From: the human T2T-CHM13v2.0 reference genome, Homo sapiens
Direction: 5' to 3' (one strand)
NCBI RefSeq assembly: GCF_009914755.1
Contig: NC_060936.1
Length of the DNA stretch: 64,000 nucleotides
Position 1 is the stretch's first letter. Each line of letters opens with the position of its first letter. Made by a program: the position numbers and the translations under genes. Positions 25,306 through 40,455 of this stretch are shown here, in pieces. The notes under the pieces were generated by a model. It had not been told where the DNA came from. It ran no database searches and saw nothing but the letters and a program-made list of their open reading frames with translations.

Positions 25306-26871
25306 GTTATTAATGAAATTATTGGTCAGCAAGGAGGTCAGAACCTACTTTTCACCACTTTCTGTCCCCTCTCCTTCTCCAGAGAAATGCAAATAAACTG
25401 CTTTTGACTGAGAAATAGAACAAGAGTGACACTTGACAGTTTATCTGTCACAGGCCATAGCAGTGAATAGTCAGGCTTCAGAGTATCCTGAAGAGATGAA
25501 CAAAACTCGGGGTCATACAGTCCCCAATGTGAAATATAGCCTCTTTGATTTATTTGCTTCTTGCTAGGATACCTTCCCAATAGGAGTTTTCAAATAAGGT
25601 GGCAGTTTGGTAAATTTTCTGAGGTTTTCTATCATTTAAAATATTGGGCCCTAACTTTTAAGAGAGAGTATCACTGGACACATATTCATAGTTTTGAAAT
25701 TTATTTTCTTCAAGACTTTGGAAATTTTATGTTACTCTCTGTATCTGATGTTACTTTTGAAAAGTCTGATTTCAATCTGATATTTTTTCCTTAATAGGCA
25801 GTTCTTCATCTCTACAAACATTTTTAGAATCTTTTAGGAACACCTTATTTGTCTTAGAAGTCCTCAAGATTCATTTTAAGTGTTTAAGTGGTTTTCTTTA
25901 TTTGTTATGTTTATCTGTCTTGTATCTAACTTGGAACTCTGAGTACTTTTAATCCTAGTTTGTTTTTTTCTGTTTTTACTCCATATGAATTTTTTTCTTT
26001 ACAGCTTTATTGAAATATAATTATTGTACAATAGACTGCATATATTTAAAGTGTGTAATTTGATGGGTTTTGACAGATATATGTACCCATGAAACCATCA
26101 ATGCAATCAAAATAATGAACATTTCCATCACCTGCAAGTGGTAGATTATTATTTCTTTAAATATGCCTCAGTCATTTTTTTTTCCTTCTTCCTCCAGGAT
26201 GGTTATTGAAAATTTTTTGTTTTTGCATTTCTCATCTTTTCATTTTGAATTGTTCATATTTTGTCCATCTTGGTGTTATCTAGAAGAGCTTTTCAACTAG
26301 ATCTTTCAGCTCAATAATTAACTTTTTGGTTATATTATTTTACTATTTGTCTCAACTATTTATTCATTTTAACCATTATATATTTTCTATTTTAATTATG
26401 AAGTATACATAAAAAGACTATATGTAATGTCTGTATGCAGTAAGAATGAAGATAATTGGACCTCAGTGTATCTCACCCAGATGAAGAAATAAAACAACAA
26501 CTCCTCACTCCTTCCTATAATAACCATTACCCTGAGTTTTGAGTTTATGGTTTCCTTGTATTCTTTTTATAATTTTACCTCAAATGTGTGCATTCCTAAA
26601 CAATAAATTTAGTTTTGCACATTTAAAAATACTACATAAAAGAAATAATAACACATGTATTATTCTGTGATATGTTCTGTTCTCTCAAAATTATATTAGA
26701 TGAAAACAATATTTGACAAAGTGGACATAGCAAATCAGTGGGAAAGGGAAGAGCTATAAAATAAATGAAACAGTTGGTATTATTTGGAGAAAATAAAGTT
26801 GGTTCTTATATCAATGTACACAAAATCAATTCTAGATGGATTACAGTCTTAAAATGTAAAAAACATGTTAA

Positions 26872-27374
<503 letters not shown>

Positions 27375-28675
27375 TGATATATAAGAAGGAAAATCTGTTC
27401 ATCTTATTATTATTCAGGGTTATATTGACTTCTTAATTTTATGTTCTATCTAAACTTTAGAGTGAGTTTGTCAAATTTGCAGATACTATGATATCTTTAA
27501 CTTTAAAATGCTTAAGCGTAGCAGGATATTATATTGTGTTAGTTACTTTACACTATACTGTAAGGGAGGTCAACTGTCCTAATCTGGAATATATGCTCAT
27601 AGTGTGGTTAATTAGCATGTAAGTGACACATTACAGTCAAGAACTACAAGCACTTTTAACTGTATTTCTCATTATTCCTTGAAGCACTTTCAGTATGGAT
27701 TGCCTCATTTATTTCTGATGCAAAAAAGTAGTAAGGTTTTCACCTTTTCAAAATAGATGTGTGGTGGAGGATCGCATAGCATAACTCCATAACTAAAGAA
27801 CATTAACATCAGAGCATGGTGCTAATTATAGCAGAAAACAGGCTGCACTCAGAAATAGAGATATATTGTGAATTTATTTAGAATAGGTTAGCAATGTTCT
27901 TAGCGTGAAAATTCCAAGATTTGTTGCACAAATAAACAGTTTAAACAAAATATTGATCACAGCAGAGTACTCTTAGGAGTCAAAAACTTCATACAAGCTT
28001 TTCTTGATAGAGTGGCAGAAGTTAGTGTTTAATTTTTAGAAAAAGGCAGACTGCCCAAATTTCAGGTCACACCAGCTTATGCTTATCCTTTCATCTGGGC
28101 ACACACATGCACTGCCAGTTCCTATCTAAATGGAAACAACAAAAATCAGCAGATAAATGTCCACCATAGCTTTAAAAATATCTTTTGCACCTGTGGTTAT
28201 GTCCTCTTTTTATTCCTAATTTTTTTTTGTATTTTCTTTTCTTTTTGCTCAATCTTCCAGAGGTTCTTTTGGAGAACAATTTTTCAGTTTAAAAATTATT
28301 TCTGTTAAGTATTTTCTTTCCATTTTATTAATTTCTTCTAACATTCTTTAGATTTATGCTCTTTTCCTTTTAATAAAGTCTTAATTTGAATACTTACCTT
28401 ATTATTTTCATTTTTCATCATATAAGAATATAGTTCTCTTTGTTGCTATAGGTATGTGCCACAAGTTTTGACATGGAGAATTTTCATTATCTTTCATTTC
28501 TAATTATTTAAAAATACCCAATGTTATTTTATCTTTATAATGCTTGACTTATTTAATTTTAAAACATTGCAAGAGTCTTCTTTATCTTTTTAAAACTTAA
28601 TATAATCAGAGAATTTGATTCATGATACTGATTTTTAGAGACTTGCTTTATGCCCATTTCACAAAAATTTCATGA

Positions 28676-29056
<381 letters not shown>

Positions 29057-29080
29057 CTATCAGATCAAAAATTGTAATTA

Positions 29081-29403
<323 letters not shown>

Positions 29404-29457
29404 TTAGTTTTGGTCTATGCGGTTTTTTGTTTGTTTGTTTTTTAAGAATGAGGGAGG

Positions 29458-29908
29458 TGTATACATGTCTTGTACCTGCTGTAATAAATTACCACAAACT
29501 TGGTGTCTTACAAACAAAAGAAATTTTTTTCCCTCACAGTTCTGGAAGCTAGGAGTTCAAAACCAAGGTAACCACAGGGTTGTGTTCCCTCTGAAGACTC
29601 TGTGGAAGGATTCATTCTATGCCTGTTCCCAAGCTTCTGGTGGTTGCTGGCAGTCATTTGCATTCCATGGCTTGCAGCTCCAATCACTCCAGTCTCTGCC
29701 TCTGTCTTCACGTTGCTTTCTCCTCTGTGTGCCTGAGTTTTCTCCTCTTTCTTCTGTCGTAAGGACATGTGTCATTGGGTTTAGAGCTTACTGGATAATC
29801 CAGGATGATCTCAAAAACCTTAATTATCAATTTAAAAAGCCATTTGCCGGTAACATTCACAGGTTCCAGGGATTTGAGCATAGACATATCTTTTGGGGGG
29901 CCACTACA
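29458..29908 (-). mobile_element. MLT1B/C-type MaLR solo LTR
   Basis: TACCACAAACTTGG..CTCACAGTTCTGGAAGCTAGG and GGTAACATTCACAGGTTCCAGGGATT..ATATCTTTTGGGGG. Confidence 0.8.
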
Positions 29909-30549
29909 GGTATATGAAAATCTCCCAGTTCATTTATGGTTTTGTTACCTTTTTCTTATAATTATGTCCATTTTTGCTTTATATATTTTAAGGTTATATT
30001 AGGCTGATACATGTTTTGATGAAACAACTTCTCTGTGAAATAAAACTTACCATTTTACAGTAATGCTTTGTGCCCTAAGCTTTAACGGCTATAGTCTATT
30101 TGGTTTGACATTAATTAGCTTTTATTTTGTTAATATTTGTATGTATATCCTTTTTTATAATTTTATTTTTAACTTTTCTTTGTCATAATGTTCAAGGCAT
30201 GTTTTGTGTATAGTATATAAATTGAAGTTTAAAAATTAATCCTCCCTGAAAATATTTGTCTTTACATGGAGATTTTAGTTTATTTACTTTTTTGTTATTA
30301 TGGATATTTTGGAATTTTTCTGTCCTTTTATTTTGTGCTACATATTTGACTTGTTCTCTCTAAGTTGATTTATTTTTTTCTCTTTATGCCTTCGTTTGGA
30401 TTGAGTGGTATAATTATCATCCCCTCACTAATTCTGATATACAGCCTATTTTTATTACTGTAATTGTAACCTAGAAATTTTAGAATGCATATCTGACTTT
30501 ACAAACCTAAAAGTTAATCAGCACCTCCCTTATTTTTTAAAAAAAGCTC

Positions 30550-33500
30550 CAGATCCAATACCCTTACTGGTGAATTCTTTTTTTTAAATATGAACTTGTT
30601 TAGGATGAATTCTATTAAATGTTTTAGAAATATCAGTGCAAAATGACCTCTTAGAAAATAGAGGAGAAATTACGCTTCTAAACTTGTTTTATGAGACACA
30701 TATTACCTTAATACCAAAATCTGAGAAGAATATTACAACAAATGAAAGTTACAGACCAATACACTCATTAATACAGATGCAAAAGTTATAAACAAAATAT
30801 TAGTAAATAATGCTCAGCAATATATGAAAAGGACAATACAGCATGACCAAGTAAGGTTTATCTCAGGAATGCAAGGTTCGTTTGACATTTAAAAAATCAA
30901 TATAATTTGTCACTTTAAAAGAAATTCATGACAAAAAGTCTTAGTAAACCAGGAATAGAAGAGAACTTTCTCAATGTGATAAAGAGAATGCCCACAAAGT
31001 CTACATTTAGCATCATATTTACTGTTGAAATATTGAACAAGGCAAAGATATTAGCTAAGACTTGGGAATAAGGCAAAGATGTCAGCTCTCACCACTTCTA
31101 TTGTAAATTGACCTGGAGGTCCTAGCTAGTGTAATAAGGCAAAGAAAAGAAATTAAAAGCATTATATTGAAAATGAAGAAGTAAAACTCTGTTTATTCTG
31201 TGATGCATTCTTACTTATGGAAAAAATAATAAGGAAATTACAAATAAACTATGTGAACTAATGAATTTAGCACTGTCTAATGATAAAGATCAACATATAA
31301 AATCAACTGCAATTGCATATACTAGCAACAAAGAATTAGAAAATGATATTTTAAAAATATAATTTCCAGTGGCATGAGGAATCATAAGATACTTAGAATA
31401 AACTTAACAAAATATAAAAGCCCTCTACACTAAAAATTACAAATTGGTAAGAGAATTAAGACTACCTAAATAAATGGAGAGATATATCATGTTTATAGTT
31501 TGGAGAGTTCAATATTGTTAACATGTCAAATCTTTTCAACTTGATCTATAAATTCAAATGCAATACTAATCAAAATTCTAACAGGTATTTTTTTTTCGGG
31601 GGGGAAGCAGATAGAAATTCACAAGCTTACTATAAAACTTATCTGCAAAGACCTAGAATAGCCAAAATAGTTTTGGAAAAGAATAATAGCAGGGGGCCTG
31701 ACATCATAAAAATGGCAGAATAGGACTTTCCAGTGTTCATCTCCCCATAGAAACATCAATTTGAACAACTATATGCACACGAAAATACCTTCACCAGAGC
31801 TAAGGAAACGAGGTGAGAGATTACAGCACCCAGGTGTAGCATAGAAGTAAGAAAAGACATATTGAAGAGGGTAGGAAGGACAATTTTTCATTACCTGTAT
31901 CACCCCTTTCCAAATGCCAGGCAGTATAGTATGAAGAGAGATAACTCTGTTCCTGGGAAAAGGAGAAGGAAGTGACCACTGGACTCACTGGTGCTTGGCA
32001 TACTCCAGCCAGGACTCACAGACAGATCCTCCAGATCCACCTCAGTGCCAGGCTGGATCCCACAGACCTAGGCTCCAGGCCTGCCTGGAAAACCCGGTCT
32101 CTAGGCCCATCATGTAGTTGACCTCAGTGGCCCCAGGCTCTGGACTGGCTTCAGTGCTGGGCCATCCCCAGTGGCCCCAAGCTTCAGGCTTACCCTAGCA
32201 CCAGGCAGCACCCATAATCCCAGGCTCGAGACCTGCCCCAACTCAAGACTGGCCCTGGCTCCAGGTCATCCATGTGTCCCAAGCTCCAGTAGACCTAGGG
32301 CCTAGGCCTGCTCCAGCAGAAAAATCATACTGAGACTGCACTATTGCACCTACCCAGAACGAAAGCCAAAGCAGCCTACTCAACTGACACTATAGGACAC
32401 ATCTACAAGAAAAAATTATTTCCCTAGGAAAGCTACTTTATAAAGTTGGAAAAAGTGATGACTATTCCACCAGACGTACAGATATTAACACAGGAACACA
32501 AGAAACATGAAAAAGCAAGGAAACATTCTACCTTCAAAGGAACATAATAATTCTTCAGTAGTAGACTCCCCCATAAAGAGGAAGTCTATGAAATATCTGA
32601 AAAGGAATTCAAAATAGTGATTTTAAGGAAACTCAGTGAGATATAAGAGAACACATATAGTTCAATGAAATCAGGAAGACAATTTATTATTTGAATGAGA
32701 AATTCAACAAATAGATATAGAAAAGAACCAAACAGAAATCTTGGACCTGAGGAATCCAATGAATGAAATAAAAAATACAGTTGTGAGCCTCAACAATAGA
32801 CTGGATCAAGCAGAAGAATTTCTGAACTTAAAGACAGATCTTTTGAAATAACCCATTCAAACAAAAAATAAAAAGAAAGCCTACGAGACATATGGAACAC
32901 CATCAAGTGAACAAATATTCACATTATGCAAATTCTAGAAGGATAAGAGATGGGAAAAGGCATAGAAACCTATTTAATAAAGTAAACAGCTGAAAACTTC
33001 CCAAGCTTTGGGAGAGATATGGACATCCAGATACTGGAAGCTCAAAATTCCCCAAAGAGATTGAATCCAAAAAGGTCTTTTCTGAGACACATTATAGTCA
33101 AACTGTCAAAATCAAAGACAGAGAATTCTAAAAACAGCAAGTGAAAAAAAATAAAAAACAGCAAGTGAAAAGCATCAAGTCAAGTATACTTGTGGTCAAT
33201 CGGTTTTTGAAAAAGATGGCAAGTACACACAATTGTGAATGGACAGCCTCTTCAATAAACAGTGTTAGGAAAATGAACATTCACATGCAGAGAAAATGAA
33301 ATTAGACCATTATCTCACTCCATATACAAAAATTAATTCAAAATGGATTAATCATTTAAACAAAATTAGTAATTTAAAATGTACTAGGAGAAAACATATG
33401 GGAAACCTTCATGACATTAGTCAATGAGTTTTTGGATATAGCCAGGAAAGCACAGACAACAAAAGCAAAAATAGACAATGGGATTATATCAAGCCAAAAA

Positions 33501-36500
33501 GCTTCTGCAAGGCAAAGAAAACCGTCAACAGAATGAAGAAGCAACCTATGGAATGGGAGAAAATACTTGTAAACCATACGTTTGATAAGGGGTTAATATC
33601 CAAAATATATAAAGAACTCAATAGCAACAAAACAAATAATCCAATTTGAAAATGGACAATGTACCTGAAAAGACACCAAAAGAAGACACAAATGGCCAAC
33701 AGATATATGAAAAATGCTCAACATCACTAAGCATCACGGAAATGCAAATCAAAACTACAATGAGCATCGCCTCACTCTTGTTAGAGTGGCTGTTTTTTTA
33801 AAAGATGGAAGATAATTGTCAGCACGGATGTGGAGAAAAGGGAACCTTTGTATGCCCTTGATGGGAATGTCAATTAGTACAGCCACTGTGGAAAACAGTA
33901 TGGAAGTTCCTCAAAAAATTAAATATAGGACCATCTTATGACCCAGCAATTTCATTTCTGGGTATATATTCAAAGGAAATGAAATATCGAAGAGATAGCT
34001 GCTCTCCCATATTCATTTCAGCATTATTCAGAAGAGCCAAGATACAAAATCAACCTAAGTGTTCATCACCAGAGGAATGGACAAAAAAATTGTGGTACAC
34101 TTACAGGCAATAAATACTATTCAGCCTTAAAAACAGAAGGAAATCCTGCCATTTGCAATAACGTGGTTGAATCTGGAGGGCATTATGTTAAGTGAAATAA
34201 TCCAGGCACAGAAAGATTATCATGTATTAATAATCATATAATACATGATATTATATGTAGAATCTAGAATAGTTGAACCCATGGAAGCAGAGAGTAGAAT
34301 GGTGGTTACCAGGGACTGGGAGGTGGAAGGTTGAGGAGATGTTAGTCAAATGATGCAAAACTTCACTTAGATTGGAGGAATAAGTTCAAGATATCTATTG
34401 TACAACACGGTGACTCTAGTTAGTAGCAACGTATTATATTTTGAAAATTGCTGAGTGCATATTTTAAGTGTTATCACCACATAAAAACAATTATGTGAGG
34501 TAATACATACATTAATTAACTTGATTTAGGCATTCCACAATGTATACGTGTTTCCACCCATCATGTTGTACATGAGAAATATATACAATTTTTATCACTT
34601 AAATAAAAAAAGGAAAATTAGGAAGATTTATGTTATTTTAACACTTGTGGAAAGGTACGTAATAACTGCAGTGTGGTATTTGTAACAATATACAAATAGA
34701 TAAATGGAAGAGAAGAGAAGGCCCAGAAATATACACACGAAGTTACCATGAATTGATTTCCAACAATGGTACCAATATAATTGAATAGAGAAAGGAAAAT
34801 ATTTTCAATGGATGATGCTGGAACAACCAAATAAATATATGGGGAAAAGTGAACCCTGACACTTTCCTCACAACATGCATAAAACTTATTTTGGAATGGG
34901 TCATAGACCTAACTGTAAAAGCTAAAACTAAAAAGATTTTGAAAGAAAATATGCAAGAGTATCTTCATGATTTCATAGTAAGCAAGCCTTTATTAGAGGA
35001 GGAAAAAGAAAAGCCTTGCTTATAAAGAAATGGTAAATTGGACTTCATCAGTATTAGCAACTTGTCATCAAAGGATACTTTTAAGAAAATTAAACTTAAG
35101 GTCAAACCATGGACTGGAAAAATATTAGCATTATACACAACTGATAAAGAATGCATTTATCAAAATTAAGAATTTCTATAATTCAATCATAAAAACTATA
35201 AACAATATGAGAAAAAGTTTGAACAGACACTTCACAAGGAATTTATATGTATGGGAAATAATCACATGAAAAAATCCTCAGCGTCGTTAGTTCTCAGACT
35301 AATGCAAACTAAACCATAATGAGATAACACTTTATAAGCATTAGAATGACCAAAATTAAAATGATTAACAAGGCTAAATGTTGGTAAGGATATGAAGCAA
35401 ATGAAACTCTCATACATTAATGGTGGTAGTTTAAAATGATACATTTACTTTAGAAAACTATCTGTCAATTTCTTATACAATTAAATATATTCCTTTCTAT
35501 ATCTCAGTACATTCATTTCTATGTCCTCAAAAGAAATAAAAACATGTCCTCTAAGAGACTTATACAAGAATATTTCTAGGGAAGAATCTTGTTGACATCT
35601 GCCTTGGCAATAATTTCTTGGATATGACACCAAAATCAGAGGGAACAAAAGCAAAAATCAGGTGGGATTACATGAAACCAAAAAGATTCTGCACAGCAAA
35701 GGAAATAACCAACAAAATGAAAGGCAACATAAAGAAAGGGAGAAAATATTTGCAAACCATATGTCTGATGAAGTTCCTTACATATAATATCCAATATATA
35801 TAAGGAACTCCTACAACTCAATAGCAACAAAACAAAACAAAAACAAAACCTTCTAACAATACAATTTTAGAAAGAGCAAAGGACTTGCATAGACATTTTC
35901 CAGAGAAGACATAGAAGTGGCTAACAGTTATATGAAAAAATGTTCAACTTCACTAATCATCAAGGAAATGTTAAAGCTACAATTAGCATCTCACATTTGT
36001 TAGAATAACTTTTTAAAAAAGCAAAAGATAATAAATGTTGGCAAGAATGTGGAAAAAAGGGAACTCATACATCGTTGATGGGACTGTAATGAGTGAAGCT
36101 ACTATGGAAAACAATATGAGGATTCCTCCCAAAATTAAAAATAGAACTACCATATGATCTGGGAATTTCACTTCTGTATATATATACAAAGGAATTGAAA
36201 TCAGGATCTTAAAGAGATATCTGCACTCCCATGTCCATTGCAGCATTATTCACAATAGCCAAGACATGGAAGTAACTTAAATGTCTATTAACTAACAAAT
36301 GACCAAAGAGAATACTATGTGTGTGTGTGCGTGTGTGTGTGTGCACAATAGAATATTCAGCCTGTGAAAAGAAGGAAATCCTGACATTTTCAATAACATA
36401 CATGAACCTGGGGGACATTATGCTAAGTGAAATAAGACAGACACAGAACGACAAATACCACATACACTCACTACACAAGGAATCTAAAATAGTGAAACTC

Positions 36501-37515
36501 ATAGAAGCAGAGATTGGAAAGATGGTTGTAATGGTCTAGGTGATGGGGGAAACGGACCTATTAGCCAAAGGGTAGAAAGTTTTAGTTATACAGGATGAAT
36601 AAGTCCTAGAGATCTACTGTACAGCATTATGACTATAAATAATATTATATTGCATACCTTAAAATTTACTAAGAGGATAGATCTTAAGTGTCCTTATACA
36701 CAAAAATTATAAGGGTGGGAGGAAACTTTTGGAGATGATGGATAGGTTTATGACATAGATAGTAGTGATGGTTTCATGAGTTTATACTTATCTCCAAATT
36801 CATCAAGTTGTAACATTAAATATGTATAGTTTTTTGTATGTCAATAATACCTCAATATAGTGGATTTTTTTTTTCAGCAAACTATCGCAAGGACAAAAAA
36901 CCAAACACCGCACGTTCTCACTCATAGGTAGGAATTGAACAATGAGAACACATGGGACCATCACACACCGGGGACTGTTGTGGGGTGGGGGTGGGGATAG
37001 CATTAGGAGATATATCTAATGCTAAATGATGAGTTACTGGGTGCAGCACACCAACATGGCACATGTATACATATGTAACAAACCTGCACGTTGTGCACAT
37101 GTACCCTAAAACCTAAAGTATAATAACAATAAAATTTAAAAAATATATATATAGTGGATTTTTAAAGATAACATAATTTTCTATGGAAAAAGCCAAAATA
37201 ATCTGCAGCTAAGTTATTAGAATTAATAAGAGAATTTAGAAAGTTCGCCACATGGTGTCAATATGCAAAAACTAAATTATATTTTTATAAATAAGCAACA
37301 ATTAGAAAATGAAATTAAAATGCCATATTATAGTAGCATTACTGAATACCTAAAAATATATGTAACAAAAGATATTCAGTACCTCCACACAGAAAACTAT
37401 AACACTTTACTTAGATAAATTAAAGAACTAAATAAATGAAATGATGTACTAAATTCATGTCTATGGGTTGGAAAACACAATACTGTAAGGATGTCAATTC
37501 TTCACAATTTGATTT
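30550..37515 (+). mobile_element. Nested cluster of old L1 elements: L1M ORF2 remnants, an inserted L1 with 5'UTR/ORF1 and internal deletion (~31690-34610), an L1MB-like 3' end (~35576-36870), and a small L1PA 3' end (36875-37143)
   Basis: ORF2 peptides (WDYMKPKRFCTAKE, PRIAKIVLEKNN), ORF1-like sequence at 32.5-33.2 kb, L1 3'UTR signatures; L1PA TSD ATATAGTGGATTTTT at 36855-36869 and 37149-37163. Confidence 0.8.
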
Positions 37516-37519
37516 TGTC

Positions 37520-38317
37520 TGTTATTAGACTGATTGCTCCTCAGCTCCAAATCCACCTTTCATTGTCTATTCTGTGATAATGGAGAATGAATCTGTGAAT
37601 AAGTTTTTTCATTATCAGCTGACATGATATTAACCCTTGACAGTAGAGGGCAATGGAGGGATAGTGGTGAATGATAGGGTTTTCTTCCTGGTTCAGGTGT
37701 GCTCCTCTAGGCAGGCTCCTGCAGTGTGTGTGGCTTTTGTAGCTTCAGGCTCTTGCAGCCTTCATGGCTTTTTAAGTGCCAGGCTCATTCAGTGCACATG
37801 GCTATACATTGCCTGACACTATTAACTCCATGACTTTTGCAGTGCCTGGTTATAGCAATGCTCAGCTGAGCAACTCCTACTCCTATGAATGGCTTCTCTT
37901 GGCACTCACTTGTGTGTCTTTGCAGTGGAGTGATGCCAAGTTGCCACTTCCCTGTTAATGGCCTCCCCTGGCACCCACTCAGATGCCTTTGCAGCCTTGG
38001 TGTACTTCTCTACCATTCTGTGAACCACGGGTATTCCCTTTCTAATTAAGTGTAGATATTTGCCCTGGTTGGTTGTGAAGGTGGGGAAGGAGGAAAGTAT
38101 TCCAAATTTGTTTCTTTCTTGGGTGCTCTATCTTGGTCTTTGGAATAGTGACCTCTTCCTATATCTGCTATTTCTCTATTCTTTAGAATTGTCTTTACTC
38201 TTCTGGCCTATTCCTCATTACACCAATCCTCTGTTATGGTTAATAATTCTCTATATTAAATTTTCCTGTTCAATATGCCATGTAGTTTATGTCTCTTGCC
38301 TGCACCTGAATGATATA
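37520..38317 (+). mobile_element. 5' LTR of an ERVL provirus (LTR41/LTR33-like)
   Basis: TG start, CAGCTCCAAATCCACC, CAGTAGAGGGCAATGGAGGGA, ATTAAA at 38255-38260, followed by PBS-like TTGGTTCTTGGAATG. Confidence 0.65.
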
Positions 38318-39425
38318 GAATTGGTTCTTGGAATGTTCTTAGGATGTAGACCCACAAATATTGGATTTTGTGATTGGTTTGGTCATGCCCTTGGGTTTGA
38401 GTGCAGTACTCAGCTGTTTGCTATGGGAAATGGGTACTAGTAATCCATGGTATTCAGTGACATTATATTTAATCAATCTGTCATCTGTGGTTGATTGCCA
38501 ACTGAGGAAAGTGCATTGGGGACCCACTTGCTATTATGGCAGTAAGTATGTCTGTAATGACTGTGGAGTGGGATGGATTCTTCTGAGTACTTGAATGCTT
38601 AGAGAGGAAAGTGACAAGCTTAGGTCCTTTAACTCTCAGCTCAAGTCAAGGTTTGAGAACCAGAGAGTTTTCATGGCAGCTCTAAAATAAGCTCTTATAT
38701 TTTGTAATCACAGAGGTGATGTTGCTGAAAATCAAACACGAAACTTAATTGTTTGGGTTGTTGAAACACAATGACAGTTGAATTCCTAGTCTTACCACCT
38801 TTTTAAAGTTGCATTGATTGGAAATGAATGTAATCATGGAATCCTGAAACTTGGAAGGGGAACATCTGGTTGGGCCTAGATTGAAACATGATGTTGAATC
38901 CCCAAGCCACACTGACCCTCCCTTGCCATGGAGTCACTTGCCCTTATTGTCAGAGGACACTAGTCTTCTTTTGCTTGAAAACTCTGTAACAGCCTCTTGG
39001 GACAGACGACTTAAAAGGAGATATTCATTCTCCTCAACATCTATCACAGCCTCCCACCCTGGGGTCAAATCTCAGTGTGCTCCAGAAGGACAAATACACA
39101 ATATGGGCCAGGAGGAAATAGCTCATATACCAAAAGAATTGAAATACTTTGCCAATGTATGTCAGCAGAAGCTTGGGTAACGTGTGGGAGCGGATCCTGA
39201 GGATGTTGAACCAGCGAGGGAAGAATATAACAATAGATAAGGCCAATTTCATTGATATGGGTGCACTTACTGGAGGTTCTAGACTTAACTGGTCAACTGA
39301 TGCAACTGAAGGTGGCTCCATCCATTTACTTAGCTGACTGAATATCAAGCCCAATGGGCTACTTTAATGAGGTTGAGATGCCAGAGCTTCTTTGGTATGA
39401 ATGGAAGAGGAAATCCAAAGATTTC

Positions 39426-39478
39426 TTTTTTCTTTTTTCTATTTTTTTTTTGAGACGAAGTCTCACTCTGTTGCCCAG
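39426..39478 (-). mobile_element. Extremely 5'-truncated Alu (27 nt of body plus tail)
   Basis: T-rich tail plus GAGACGAAGTCTCACTCTGTTGCCCAG; TSD AATCCAAAGATTTC at 39412-39425 and 39479-39492. Confidence 0.88.
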
Positions 39479-40142
39479 AATCCAAAGATTTCATGCTGAA
39501 TTTATCATGTGCAGTATGACCAAGCTCCAACTACATCCCATGAGCAGGCCCAAAAGACCCCCCCTTTACTAAGGCATTGAGAAATATGTTAGTAAGAGGA
39601 GAACCTGAATCACTGAAAATCTCTGCTTGGTAACTGTTGTAGACCAGCTATGACTGTGGAGGATGCCACCATTGAGGTATGCTCCCTAATTTTAGTGAGA
39701 ATGATGGGATTCCAGTGCAGTAAAACCTAAAGTGGCAGCTTTTAGCTGTAAAAGACAGATGGGCAGCAGGGTTGTATGAGCATGCTGAGGCCCTCAGAGA
39801 CCTTTGACAGTAGCTAATTGATCACAGTTTCTCTATGAGCAAAAATATATGGGCAGCCTACTAGAGTATTTCTTGATCTATATAATGGGGAAAACTCTAG
39901 ATCTGGTAGCCAAATCCTGACTTGAGTCACCACAGTGGAGAATCTTAGCTTTTTACCCAGTTTCAAAGCCTAGTCAATACACACACCAGGAGCACCTTGA
40001 TTGAAAGAGGGCCTCAAGGTCTACTTGAGGAAGGAAGCTGCACCACTGCTGCAAGTACATCCTATAAATCTTCCCCTAAGCCTTCCCCATGGGGATTTGT
40101 GGCCATTTACTAGAGTGACTGTACATTAGGGAAAAGGAAATA

Positions 40143-40455
40143 GGCCATGCGCCGTGGCTCATGCCTGTTATCCCAGCACTTTGGGAGGCTGAGGCAGGTG
40201 GATCACGAGGTCAGGAGTTCGAGACCAGCCTGGCCAACATGGTGAAACCCTGTCTCTACTAAAAATACAAAAAAAATTAGCCGGGCTTGGTGGTGGGTGC
40301 CTGTAATTCCAGCCACTTGGGAAGCTGAGGCAGCAGAATCACTTAAAACCGGAAGGCAGAGGTTTCAGTGAGCAGAGATTGTGCCACTGCACTCCAGCCT
40401 GGGCAAAAGAGCAAAACTCTGTCTCAAAAGAAGAAAAAAAAGAAAAAAAAAAAAA
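40143..40455 (+). mobile_element. AluS-family element within ERVL
   Basis: Full dimer; flanked by AAAAGGAAATA direct repeats. Confidence 0.9.

Larger units (their letters stand above)
24150..25590 (-). pseudogene. Highly decayed fourth OR relic interrupted by two MaLR LTRs
   Basis: Minus-strand pieces in correct OR order: SEA*LFTAMACDR (MACDR at 25458-25444), FLTSLLTNNFI (~25355-25312), PFCKP..ELPLLL (~24850-24795), SYSRI..ICSSGGQGKAFST* (~24290-24221). Confidence 0.75.
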
